Assembly (NCBI GenBank): GCA_964595055.1
Contig: CAZQOV010000002.1
Span: 1-50,831, forward strand
DNA length: 50,831 nt
Reading direction: 5' to 3'
Source: an uncultured Bacteroidaceae bacterium
GTDB taxonomy: Bacteria; Bacteroidota; Bacteroidia; Bacteroidales; GCA-2748055
How positions within the stretch are numbered: the first letter of the stretch is position 1; every line of letters begins with the position of its first letter. Below the pieces are notes generated by a model that saw nothing but the letters and a program-made list of their open reading frames with translations, did no database searches and was not told the DNA's origin. The translations under genes were made by a program, and so were the position numbers. This document shows, in pieces, positions 39,266 to 48,734 of this stretch.

Positions 39266-40453
39266 TTACCCTAGTTTATTTCTATTGAGAAGTACAATCC
39301 CCACAGCACCAAAGGAGAAAAAAGCGGCATATCGAAAAGTTGACTCAAACCCTATTTTATCTGCCAGGAACCCTGCAAATGTCACCATTACAGCACTGAT
39401 AAAAAAGTTTAGCAACATGAATGTGCCATTCAGGAAAGCCATGCTGCTGGTGCGTTGATCGTGGATAAGGGCAAGCAAAACAGATGTTGGTGCGAAAATA
39501 AAAAAGCCCATTATTCCAAGGATCACAATTTGCCATACCCCTGATGAGATAAGGAAAAGGAGCATAAGGAAAGGAGCAATAATGGTGATCAGGAGAAGGG
39601 TATTGGTTCTTCCCAGTTTATCGGACAGGGAACCGGATATAAAAGTTCCGGTAGCGCCCGATAACTGGAGGATAGAGAGTGAGGCATCGGCAAAAAAATG
39701 GCTCTCTCCCCGTGCTGTCATGAAGGTGGGCAAATATAATGTAAGTGAGGATTTCATGGCACCCAGAAAAAAGGTTATACCGGCAGTAACGGTAAAAACC
39801 GGCAGGTACTTCAGGAAAAGTTTGAAATAATTGAGTCGGTGGGTACTTTTCCTAATATTTCCCGATATTTCTATATCTCGTAGCCTCCAGTACATGAGAC
39901 CGCTTGCAAGCAAGCCGGCAGGCATCATCTTCCATGTACCCTCGAGGCCCCAGAGACTGATGACACCATATATTACCATCGGACCTGCTGTTCTGGCGAG
40001 CTCTCCTCCCAGCATATAAAAGCTCATGCCTTTACCAATCCTTTTTCCTGATATTTTTTTGACCATAACCGGGGTAGGGACGTGAAAGATGGTGGAGCTC
40101 AGACCTGAAACGAGCAGCAAGAGAGCAAGAAAGATATAGGCAGGGGCAATCCCGATTAAACTCATGGCTACTCCGGTAACTGCAGGAGAGAAGATGACCA
40201 GGTAGCGCATTTTCATTCGATCGGCCATAATTCCTACAGCCGGATTGAAAAGGGATGGAATTCTTTGAATGACATGGAGAACTCCGGCCATCCCGTATGA
40301 GATCCCCAGTTTTTCAATAATAAATGGAAGAGCTGGAGCTAGAAAAGAGGTATAAATATCGTGCAGAAAATGGGAGACCCCCAAAAGGGTTACATTTGCG
40401 GAGTGAAAATCATCTCCCTTTCTTCCGGTACTTGTTTTATCAGTCAAATTCAA
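39266..40453 (-). CDS. MFS transporter
   Basis: 395 aa with ~12 hydrophobic segments and an MFS loop 2-3-like motif, GIMADRMKMRY. The first codon is TTG, overlapping the upstream stop as TTGA. The next in-frame ATG would remove TM1. Confidence 0.75.
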   Translation of the reverse strand: MNLTDKTSTGRKGDDFHSANVTLLGVSHFLHDIYTSFLAPALPFIIEKLGISYGMAGVLHVIQRIPSLFNPAVGIMADRMKMRYLVIFSPAVTGVAMSLIGIAPAYIFLALLLLVSGLSSTIFHVPTPVMVKKISGKRIGKGMSFYMLGGELARTAGPMVIYGVISLWGLEGTWKMMPAGLLASGLMYWRLRDIEISGNIRKSTHRLNYFKLFLKYLPVFTVTAGITFFLGAMKSSLTLYLPTFMTARGESHFFADASLSILQLSGATGTFISGSLSDKLGRTNTLLLITIIAPFLMLLFLISSGVWQIVILGIMGFFIFAPTSVLLALIHDQRTSSMAFLNGTFMLLNFFISAVMVTFAGFLADKIGFESTFRYAAFFSFGAVGIVLLNRNKLG

Positions 40454-41262
40454 TCTAGTTTCTGAATAAGTTTTTTCATAAGGGTAATCATTCGCGGAGC
40501 TGCTTTACCTGCAGCTTCTTTCACATCTTCTACGGATACCTCAACAATTTTACCGGGAACCCCAAGGTCTGAAATAATTGAGATGGCAAAACAGGGGATG
40601 CCCATCTGATGGGCAACAATTACTTCAGGCACTGTAGACATCCCAACGGCATCTCCTCCTATAATTCGAAAATACTGGTACTCCTTTGGAGTTTCCAGGG
40701 TTGGTCCGGTTACGCCCACATAACAGCCTTTCTGTACCTTAATTTTACTTTCAGCAGCCGCTGTTTCCGCCAAATGAATTAATTTTTTGTTATAAGGCTC
40801 ACTCATATCCGGGAATCGGTCTCCGAACTCTTCATAATGCGGTCCGATAAGGGGATTGGGCATGTGGTTGATGTGATCATCGATAATCATAAGATCCCCG
40901 ATCTCGAAATCCGGATTAATGCCTCCACAGGCATTGGATACAAACAGATATTTGATTCCAAGGTATTTAAATACCCTTATGGGAAAGGTAACCTCCTGCA
41001 TAGTGTAGCCTTCATAATAATGAAACCTGCCCTGCATGGCAACACATTTTTTGCCTCCCAGCTCTCCGAAAATCAATCTCCCAACATGACTCGGGGCAGT
41101 GCTTACCGGGAAATTCGGAATGTCTTTATACTCGATAATCGTTTTGATATCAATGTCATCAACCACACCACCCAGTCCGGTTCCAAGGATAATGGCTACT
41201 TCCGGTTCAAAACTCACCTTATTCTTTATGAAGAGTACGGTTTCTTTTATTGCTTCTAACAT
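40450..41262 (-). CDS. Purine nucleoside phosphorylase (trimeric PNP/MTAP family, inosine-guanosine type)
   Basis: 270 aa with AIILGTGLGG, GRFHYYEGY, NACGGIN and DAVGMSTVPEVIVA motifs. Confidence 0.9.
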   Translation of the reverse strand: MLEAIKETVLFIKNKVSFEPEVAIILGTGLGGVVDDIDIKTIIEYKDIPNFPVSTAPSHVGRLIFGELGGKKCVAMQGRFHYYEGYTMQEVTFPIRVFKYLGIKYLFVSNACGGINPDFEIGDLMIIDDHINHMPNPLIGPHYEEFGDRFPDMSEPYNKKLIHLAETAAAESKIKVQKGCYVGVTGPTLETPKEYQYFRIIGGDAVGMSTVPEVIVAHQMGIPCFAISIISDLGVPGKIVEVSVEDVKEAAGKAAPRMITLMKKLIQKLD

Positions 41263-42304
41263 AATTTATGATTTGTGTATTAAAATTGATTTCATCCTGA
41301 TTGAGAAACTCAACAAAAACGGGGATATAAAACATTCTGTCTGATATTGAGGTCAGTTCTTCTTTAAATTCCCTGAGTTTTACAGCATCTTTTTCTGTTG
41401 TCAGAAGTATGCTGTTTTCCCGCTTCATCCCTGAAAAACGAGCCATGATCTTATGGATGTCTCTGATGGAATATGGATGATGGTCTCCAAATCTGATTTC
41501 ATGGATATCTGTGCTGATTCTTCTGGCAAAGGGTTTGACGGTTCTGGGATTGGCAATTCCTGTTACCAGAAGTATTTCCGGTTTTGTTTTTCGATATTGG
41601 TCAAAATTGCCGGAAAATAAGGGTTGAACATCCCCGGAGGTCAATTGTGTATAGTATAAATGTTGAAAATCATGCAGTTTTGTTTCTTTAGCCCGTATCC
41701 GCATATCAATAGCTTTGAGTTTGCCAGGGGATTTGGTTACAAGAATTATATTTGCCCTTTTTTTTGCTGTCCAGGGTTCTCTTAACCTGCCTGAAGGTAA
41801 GGGTGAATCTTTTATCATGGGGTTGTTGAAATCATCGAGAAGAATACTCATCCCCGGTTTTACATACCGGTGCTGAAATGCATCGTCCAGCAGGATTACA
41901 TCAGGAGCGGGATTATGAGATAAAAGTTTTGTTATACCCCGCCTTCTTTTTTCATCCACGGCTACCATGATTTGGGGAAATTTTCTTTTCATCTGACAGG
42001 GTTCATCACCAATTTGGGAAGAATTCGAATTTTCATCAGCCAGGATAAATCCACGGGTTTTTCTCTTGTATCCCCGACTCAAAACGGCTACCCTGAATTC
42101 TTCTTTTAACAACCTGATCAGGTATTCAATATGTGGTGTTTTTCCGGTTCCTCCAATTCTCAGGTTTCCTACTGAGATAACGGGGATCTTAAAATCTTTT
42201 GAAGGGAGTAAACCCCAGTCGAAGGATTTGTTACGTAAGATAACACCCAGGGTATAAACACCGGATACAGGAAGCAGCAAATATGATAGTAATCCCTTTT
42301 TCAT
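41219..42304 (-). CDS. lpxK: Tetraacyldisaccharide 4'-kinase
   Basis: 361 aa with an N-terminal hydrophobic anchor. The P-loop is VISVGNLRIGGTGKTP, followed by ILLDDAFQH. Its 3' end overlaps the PNP gene start by 44 nt. Confidence 0.88.
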   Translation of the reverse strand: MKKGLLSYLLLPVSGVYTLGVILRNKSFDWGLLPSKDFKIPVISVGNLRIGGTGKTPHIEYLIRLLKEEFRVAVLSRGYKRKTRGFILADENSNSSQIGDEPCQMKRKFPQIMVAVDEKRRRGITKLLSHNPAPDVILLDDAFQHRYVKPGMSILLDDFNNPMIKDSPLPSGRLREPWTAKKRANIILVTKSPGKLKAIDMRIRAKETKLHDFQHLYYTQLTSGDVQPLFSGNFDQYRKTKPEILLVTGIANPRTVKPFARRISTDIHEIRFGDHHPYSIRDIHKIMARFSGMKRENSILLTTEKDAVKLREFKEELTSISDRMFYIPVFVEFLNQDEINFNTQIINYVRSNKRNRTLHKE

Positions 42305-42556
42305 CTCGCAGGATGCAAAATTAATAAATTTCGCCGAGGAGAAATGGGATAATGGTAAAAGGGAAAATGAAAAGCTTAAGGAAGCAGCAGCAGTCCCTTT
42401 TTAGCGAACAATGTATTTTAAGAAACTGTTTAAGAATTCAACTGAAAAACTTACAATCTACTGGTCATATGTTCATTTCTCCTCCCAGACCCTGCACCTG
42501 CAGAGGAGAGGGCTTGGGAGAAGAAAAGAAAGAAATGCTTTCTACTGATAATTAAC

Positions 42557-44320
42557 CTATCTTATTCTGACCTCAAAAGGCATTCTTGCCTGCAGCCCTT
42601 TCATAGATTGTATGTCCTTTAGCATTTTGTAATAATAATAATGTTCACCAAGTTCATTTTCGAGAACATCCAGTCTGGCGTTACCTGTAAAGTCCTCAAT
42701 AATTTTCTGGAAAGGATCTGGGATTTCGGGCAATTTAACTGTTCTGTAAGTTTCAATGCCTGCTTCAATAGCTGCCATTTCAATCGCTTTATCAAGTCCT
42801 CCAAATTCATCAATTAATCCGATAGCAAGGGCATCTTCACCGCTATAAACATGTCCCCGGGCAAGCGCATCTACCTCTTCATAGGTCAAATTACGGCCCT
42901 CAGCAACCACATTAACAAATTCTTCATAGAAGTTATCTACTTGTTCTGCTAGTTTTTGTTTTTCAATAGCATTCAGAGGCTTTAAGGGAAAGCCGAAATC
43001 TGCATGCTCATTGGTTTTTACGATATCGGAAGTAATTCCCAGTTTGTCATTCATCAGTTCTTTTAAATTCGGCCATATCCCGAACACACCAATAGAGCCT
43101 GTTATGGTAATTGGACTGGCAAGGATTTTTGTTGCCGGAGCTACAATATAATATGCAGCGGAAGCGGCCACGTCACCCATGGAAGCGATCACCGGTTTTG
43201 TTTCAGTTGCAAGTTTCACTTCTCTCCAAATGATGTCTGAAGCCATTGCAGATCCTCCCGGGGAATTGACCCTCAGAACGATGGCTTTTATTGAACTGTC
43301 TTTTCTTGCCTCCCGTATGCTTTTGGCAAACCTGTCCGCCCCAACCATATCCATCGCCCCTTCGCCATCTATGATATCGCCACTGGCATAAACGACTGCA
43401 ATCTTATCTCTTGCAAGTCCCTTTTGTTTGCGTTTTTTGGGAACTTTATCCAGATTGGCAAATGTCACAGTCTTTATGTCTTTATCCTCGGGTGTTTCAG
43501 TTAATGATTTAATCTCATCAATAAACTGATCATAGTAGATCAGGTCATCTACCAGATTGTTTCTTAACGCATCATCAGCATTAATGGCATTCAAACTGCC
43601 GGCCATCTGGTTTAATTCTTCAACTGAAATTCCACGAGCCGCAGATATCTCATCTACCATATGCCCCCACAAAGAATTCAGATATTGTTGGATTTGCTCA
43701 CGGTTTTCTTCGCTAAGACGCTCATAAAGAAGGGGCTCTACTGCTCCTTTATACTCCCCATGTTTAAACACCTGCATTTCAACCCCAATTTTATCCAGCA
43801 TTCTTTTGATGAAAATTACCTCGGCACTCATTCCAATAATGGGAAGTTGTCCTTCAGGAGCAAGAAAGATCTTATCTGCTGCCGTGGCAAGAAAATAAGA
43901 AGATTGTGTTAACAGGCTCGAGTAACAATAAACAAATTTTCCCTCGCTTTTAAAATCAAGGATGGCATTTCTGATTTCGTTTAATGTGGCTATTCCTGTG
44001 GGAACAATCTCCAGGTTCATTACCATACCGGCAATATTTTCATTTTGTTTTGCCTTTTCCAGATTCTCAAGAATCAAATCCAGTCCTAAACGGCTTTCAG
44101 GCTCAAAAGTAAGAGGACTGAAATACTCGAAAGGGGATTTGGGATGTCTGTCGAATATGGGTTGGCTGAATTCTGCATAAAGTACTGTATTTTCCTCCAG
44201 GGCAACAGGTTTTTCTTTAGAAGCAGCATTAATAATTCCCATAATAATAAATACAAAAATAACCAGGCCTATGATTACGCCAAGTATGGATGCAAATGTG
44301 AATTTGAAGAAGCCTTTCAT
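42557..44320 (-). CDS. sppA: Signal peptide peptidase SppA, 67K type
   Basis: 587 aa with an N-terminal TM helix and two tandem S49/ClpP-like halves. The second contains VNSPGGSAMASD and ASMGDVAASAAYY. Confidence 0.88.
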   Translation of the reverse strand: MKGFFKFTFASILGVIIGLVIFVFIIMGIINAASKEKPVALEENTVLYAEFSQPIFDRHPKSPFEYFSPLTFEPESRLGLDLILENLEKAKQNENIAGMVMNLEIVPTGIATLNEIRNAILDFKSEGKFVYCYSSLLTQSSYFLATAADKIFLAPEGQLPIIGMSAEVIFIKRMLDKIGVEMQVFKHGEYKGAVEPLLYERLSEENREQIQQYLNSLWGHMVDEISAARGISVEELNQMAGSLNAINADDALRNNLVDDLIYYDQFIDEIKSLTETPEDKDIKTVTFANLDKVPKKRKQKGLARDKIAVVYASGDIIDGEGAMDMVGADRFAKSIREARKDSSIKAIVLRVNSPGGSAMASDIIWREVKLATETKPVIASMGDVAASAAYYIVAPATKILASPITITGSIGVFGIWPNLKELMNDKLGITSDIVKTNEHADFGFPLKPLNAIEKQKLAEQVDNFYEEFVNVVAEGRNLTYEEVDALARGHVYSGEDALAIGLIDEFGGLDKAIEMAAIEAGIETYRTVKLPEIPDPFQKIIEDFTGNARLDVLENELGEHYYYYKMLKDIQSMKGLQARMPFEVRIR

Positions 44321-44432
44321 TTCATAGTGTTTTTGGGTTAATAAAGATTTTCTTTTTGTTGGACTTGAGCAATAAAGTTACAAAGATTACAAGGATTTAA
44401 ACAAATAAACTTAGTTTTACATTAAATTGTTT

Positions 44433-44915
44433 ATGGAAAATGTTTTTTTATTAACCGGTAGTAACCTTGGAGATCGAAAGGCATTTTTGGATTATGCATG
44501 TCGAGAGATGAAAAAAAAACTCATCATGCGATCCCTTTCTTCACTTTACGAATCCGAACCATGGGGCTATTCAAGTGATATGCCTTATTTGAATCAGTGC
44601 ATGAAAGTTAACACTGATCTTGAGCCCTATGACTTACTCGCTTTTTTGCAAGAGATTGAGAAGAGTGTTGGGAGAACCAAAAAAGGTGGGAAATATGAAG
44701 ATAGACCTCTTGATATGGACATTTTATATTATGGAAAACTCATTATTCAGAGTGAAAAGCTTATCATACCACATCCCAGACTCCATTTACGGGCTTTTAC
44801 TCTTGTTCCACTCAATGAAATAGCTCCTTTATTCAAACATCCCGTATTCATGAAAACCTCTGCTGAGTTGCTCAGGGAATGCAGAGATGAGCAAATGCCC
44901 CGAAAAATTGAATAG
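44433..44915 (+). CDS. folK: 2-amino-4-hydroxy-6-hydroxymethyldihydropteridine diphosphokinase (HPPK)
   Basis: MENVFLLTGSNLGDR is followed by YESEPWGY, RPLDMDIL and IIPHPRLHLRAFTLVPLNEI motifs. The track start at 44427 is TTG, and the ATG at 44433 is used here. Confidence 0.88.
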   Translation: MENVFLLTGSNLGDRKAFLDYACREMKKKLIMRSLSSLYESEPWGYSSDMPYLNQCMKVNTDLEPYDLLAFLQEIEKSVGRTKKGGKYEDRPLDMDILYYGKLIIQSEKLIIPHPRLHLRAFTLVPLNEIAPLFKHPVFMKTSAELLRECRDEQMPRKIE

Positions 44916-45004
44916 AAATACAACCTTTCCTCCAATATTTTAACAGACAGCATTATTTGTCGCAAAATATTTTTAAATTTCTTTTCATAATAGAATTTAA
45001 TCAT

Positions 45005-45012
45005 TATTTTTG
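45005..45012 (+). promoter_or_regulatory. Candidate -7 promoter box (TATTTTTG) for rpsT
   Basis: It matches TAnnTTTG and lies 51 nt upstream of the rpsT ATG. Confidence 0.4.
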
Positions 45013-45062
45013 CATCCCGTTTTTCGATAAAAGGAATAGAGAAAATTAAAAAAACGAACATA

Positions 45063-45320
45063 ATGGCAAATCATCCGTCAGCAAAAAAAAGAATGAGACA
45101 AAGCGAGTCCCGCAGGATATCAAATCATTATTATGCCAGGACCATGCGCAAAGCGCTTAAGACCTTAAGATCTGCCACAGAAAGAGAAGAAGCAGAGAAA
45201 ATGTATCCTTCTGTAGTTTCCATGCTCGACAAACTGGTAAAAAAGAAAGTTATCCATAAAAATAAAGCGGCCAATTTAAAATCAAGTCTGGATAAACATC
45301 TGACCGGCTTGAAAGGATAA
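45063..45320 (+). CDS. rpsT: 30S ribosomal protein S20
   Basis: 85 aa, very basic. [29 protein letters not shown] is the canonical S20 N-terminus. Confidence 0.93.
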   Translation: MANHPSAKKRMRQSESRRISNHYYARTMRKALKTLRSATEREEAEKMYPSVVSMLDKLVKKKVIHKNKAANLKSSLDKHLTGLKG

Positions 45321-45348
45321 TAAATACTTTTTATATAGCTATTCATCA

Positions 45349-45377
45349 GCCACCCTTTTTTCAGGGTGGTTTTTTTG
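45349..45377 (+). terminator. Rho-independent terminator of rpsT
   Basis: GCCACCC (45349-45355) pairs with GGGTGG(T) (45364-45370) across an 8-nt loop. It is followed by a T7 run, 29 nt after the stop. Confidence 0.75.
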
Positions 45378-45485
45378 TTTTTCCTGCTTTTCGGAATCTC
45401 ATCCTGTAATCTACAGAAAATCAAATTTATGTAAATAAATACGCTGAGATTTTGGCTTTTTTCCTATTAAGGATAAAAGAGCAGA

Positions 45486-46187
45486 ATGATTATGGAATAC
45501 AAAAATCTCAGCATCAAGAACTGGGCGGTAGAAGACAGGCCCCGGGAAAAACTGGCGAAAAGGGGAGTGGAAAACCTGAGTGATGCAGAATTACTGGCTA
45601 TACTTATTGGTTCAGGAACGAAAAACAAATCTGCCCTGGAATTATCCAAGGAACTTCTGTTTTCCACCTCTCACAATCTGCTTGATCTTGGTAAGCTCAG
45701 TCTGGACGATTTGACAAAATTTAAAGGGATCGGAAAAACCAAAGCTATCATCATTCTGGCTGCACTTGAAATAGGGAGAAGGAGAAAATATGCAGAACCG
45801 GTTCAAAAGGTTCAAATCAGCTCAAGTAAAGATAGCTTTAAAATTTTTCAGCCTCTACTGGGCGATTTGCCGCATGAAGAATTCTGGCTTATGTTATTGA
45901 ATCGTTCCAACCGGCTCATTGAAAATGTATGCATAAGCAAAGGAGGAACCAGTGGTACGGTTATTGACACAAAAATAATTCTGAACAAAGCATTAAGCCG
46001 GCTTTCTTCAGCAATTATTGTTTGTCATAATCATCCTTCAGGTAATATTCAACCCAGTCAGGCTGATATTAAAATTACGGAAAAACTGAAAACAGCGGCC
46101 TCTACAATGGATATAATGCTCCTTGATCATATCATTATTGCCGATACACGATACTATAGTTTTTCGGATGAAGGAAAATTGATATGA
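45486..46187 (+). CDS. radC: RadC-family JAB/MPN domain protein (UPF0758)
   Basis: 233 aa with an N-terminal helix-hairpin-helix region (EDRPREKL..LSDAELLAILIGSG). The JAMM motif is VCHNHPSGNIQPSQADIKIT. Confidence 0.9.
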   Translation: MIMEYKNLSIKNWAVEDRPREKLAKRGVENLSDAELLAILIGSGTKNKSALELSKELLFSTSHNLLDLGKLSLDDLTKFKGIGKTKAIIILAALEIGRRRKYAEPVQKVQISSSKDSFKIFQPLLGDLPHEEFWLMLLNRSNRLIENVCISKGGTSGTVIDTKIILNKALSRLSSAIIVCHNHPSGNIQPSQADIKITEKLKTAASTMDIMLLDHIIIADTRYYSFSDEGKLI

Positions 46188-46241
46188 AGATAACGGGGTG
46201 AAGATAATACCAGGAAAAACAGATTGAGGGTGATGGTTAAA

Positions 46242-46736
46242 TTATGTACCCGGAAAGATCTTTAGGTATATTTCAAACAGGAAGGTGTAGAAGACAGTAA
46301 ATATAACAGACCATAGTACATTTGCACCGGCAAGGTATGATAACATTATTGGCTTTTTACCGAAAAATCTGACAACAAGAAAAGCTCCAACAGGGATTGA
46401 TAGTAATATGGGGGTAGCGAATGCTATGCCTATGAGCCCATATTTTGTTCGAATATTTATTATACGTCGATTTCGTTTTGTGAATTTCTTTTTTTTCCTT
46501 TTTTTAAAAAGGGGTTCTTTTAGCGAAAAAAACTTTTTCAGATATGGAGCCAGGTGATTTTTCCACAAATGAATGACCAGATCTGAAAGATAGCTGAAGA
46601 AAAAAATCCCGAGCAATCCGCCAATGTTTGTCAATATAATAGTTTTGGCTATCCCCATATTATACTCAAGAATCGCCAGTGGGAATGTCATGGCAAACTT
46701 GAAGCTGCTGAAAAAAATAACAGATAATTCTTTCAA
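46242..46736 (-). CDS. Hypothetical membrane protein (about four TM helices with a Lys/Arg-rich central loop)
   Basis: 164-aa ORF whose first codon is TTG. An in-frame ATG at 46691 is an alternative start. Hydrophobic segments flank KKRKKKKFTKRNRR. Confidence 0.5.
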   Translation of the reverse strand: MKELSVIFFSSFKFAMTFPLAILEYNMGIAKTIILTNIGGLLGIFFFSYLSDLVIHLWKNHLAPYLKKFFSLKEPLFKKRKKKKFTKRNRRIINIRTKYGLIGIAFATPILLSIPVGAFLVVRFFGKKPIMLSYLAGANVLWSVIFTVFYTFLFEIYLKIFPGT

Positions 46737-46791
46737 ATTCTAAACTTTATTCAAAAATATGGATTTTTGATTTACCGATAAAGGGCCCGTT

Positions 46792-48354
46792 TTATTTATC
46801 GATTTGGCTCAGGAGAGTGTATAGGCTGTATTCGTCTTCTTCTGTTAGTTCCAATCTGAGTTTCCATTCTTCAAGATTGGCAGAAAAGGATAATGACTTT
46901 AGTTTACTGAAAAAAGTTTCGAGTCCTATTTCTACCTTTTCTCCCATCCTGTGGTCAATAATATCCTGTATGTTTTCAGAATAAGACCCGGCGTCCAGAT
47001 TTAAATAAAAGCAAATGGGATCCTGAATCAGGATATCACTGTATTCAGTCCGCGTTACATTATCCTCAATTTTTCCTTTTTCACTAATCCTGATGATGAT
47101 ATCTTCCTTGTTGGAAATAATGAGATCCCGGTTATTTACGGATATATAAACCGGGAAACCTCTGCTTTTGACAACATAATACTTTTCCTTTCTGACAAGA
47201 GCATCTTCTTCTTCTGCAACCTCAAGGAACCGGTTTAACCAAGATGCATTACGCATGCGGGTGGCTGATACAATTACCGGCATATTTTCTTCCGGATCAA
47301 AAAATCTCCCTGGTTTTTCTTCTTTCTTATCTTCTTCAAACTTAAAACGGTGAACCTCATTTATTGAAAAGGCCATTTCTCCACTGAATGCATCACTTAC
47401 ATTTTCTTCTGTCAAATCAAATGCATTCGTCATTTCCTCAAAGACTTTGTTAAAATCTTTATTTATAAATTTGAGAAGGTCAATAATTTTTTCCGGATTT
47501 ACATTGGAGTTTCCTATAAAGACCAGATCTTCAGATGGAATATAATCGAGCAAGGCTTTGATGGCTTCTTTATCCATGACGTTGAACTTGTTCACCGTCT
47601 CCTGCAATGACCTGTTTAGCCTGAGATTTGTAGTAAGATCAATTGCTCCTTTCTGGAATTCCAGAAAAACATGGCCATAATTGTTTTTTATTCCACCCAA
47701 TAGATCCATTGCATTTCCGAACCGGTCCAATCCTTCGAGATTTGTCGAAGTAACCCAGGCATTAATGTCCTTTTGTCTGGCCAGAAATTTATTAAAATCC
47801 TTATCCGAGAGTATTCTTTCTTCATCCTTCAGATCAATTAATTCCTTGGCAACCGATTGAAGGTTCTCCTCCCATTTGCCCATCCCGGAAAGAGCCAAAG
47901 CAATGGAATTATTATATAAAATAATACCTGCTTTCTGTTTAATAAGATCATAGTCATCCAGTTCCATTCGTTCAAATTTCTCATCGATTTCCGTTTCCAA
48001 TTCTGCTATTCTATTTTCGAACTCGCTTTTATCCTTTATGGGCATGATCAGGCCAAGGTAAGAGGGCTCTTCACCAAAAACAAAAATACTTGAAAAGTTA
48101 TCCATATCCATCCCTGACAACTCCGGATTTGCTATAATTTTTGAGCCGAATACAGCCCCGAAGTCTTCTTGTTCAAGAAAGGAAAGTTCACTTATCTTGC
48201 CTTTCTCAATAAGGTTTCCCGGATGAAGGGTTACGACAAACTTTACATTTTCAGGGATGTACCGGAAGATTTGTTTTGCAGGCCTCTCGCAGGAGTTAAA
48301 TAACAATACCCACAAAAAGGAAAATAAAACCGGGGTTCTCAGGGCTCTTTTCAT
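46792..48354 (-). CDS. Hypothetical lipoprotein (~520 aa; size and N-terminus reminiscent of the Bacteroidota DUF4836 family)
   Basis: ATG start with a signal peptide and lipobox-like LLFNSC. The family suggestion comes from memory of size and organisation only. Confidence 0.45.
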   Translation of the reverse strand: MKRALRTPVLFSFLWVLLFNSCERPAKQIFRYIPENVKFVVTLHPGNLIEKGKISELSFLEQEDFGAVFGSKIIANPELSGMDMDNFSSIFVFGEEPSYLGLIMPIKDKSEFENRIAELETEIDEKFERMELDDYDLIKQKAGIILYNNSIALALSGMGKWEENLQSVAKELIDLKDEERILSDKDFNKFLARQKDINAWVTSTNLEGLDRFGNAMDLLGGIKNNYGHVFLEFQKGAIDLTTNLRLNRSLQETVNKFNVMDKEAIKALLDYIPSEDLVFIGNSNVNPEKIIDLLKFINKDFNKVFEEMTNAFDLTEENVSDAFSGEMAFSINEVHRFKFEEDKKEEKPGRFFDPEENMPVIVSATRMRNASWLNRFLEVAEEEDALVRKEKYYVVKSRGFPVYISVNNRDLIISNKEDIIIRISEKGKIEDNVTRTEYSDILIQDPICFYLNLDAGSYSENIQDIIDHRMGEKVEIGLETFFSKLKSLSFSANLEEWKLRLELTEEDEYSLYTLLSQIDK

Positions 48355-48734
48355 GATAAGTTTAGTTAAATATTTACAATCATCAAGATAGAAAATTTTC
48401 CTGGTTATGGCCGATATCCTTTATCTTTTTTTTGACAATCTGCTATATTTTCTGCGAATGAGAAGTTTGATGAACCTCCGGCTTTTCATGTTTTTATCAA
48501 GTATCTTAAGTAGTGTTATTGGTTAGAAATGCAGAAAGTAACAGCCTGGCAACACTTGTGGCCACATGACAGTAGCGGTAAGGTGGTTAATTAAGGTGCA
48601 GAAAATCAATTCCATGCATGAAGAGATAAAAATAAAACCAGACCTCCTGGTCAGTGACCTTTGGGCTGGCTGAAACATGGATTAAGCTTTAGAATGTTCC
48701 ATCTTCTGTGAGGGTTTGTTTGCGCTTGAAAAAG

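Noticed and set aside
42352-42555. 67-aa plus-strand ORF, plus a 7-bp stem hairpin (TCTCCTC 42478-42484 / GAGGAGA 42503-42509), between sppA and lpxK.
   Set aside because: The ORF is antisense to the direction of the flanking operon and has no features. The hairpin lacks a T-run on either strand, so a terminator call is not supported.
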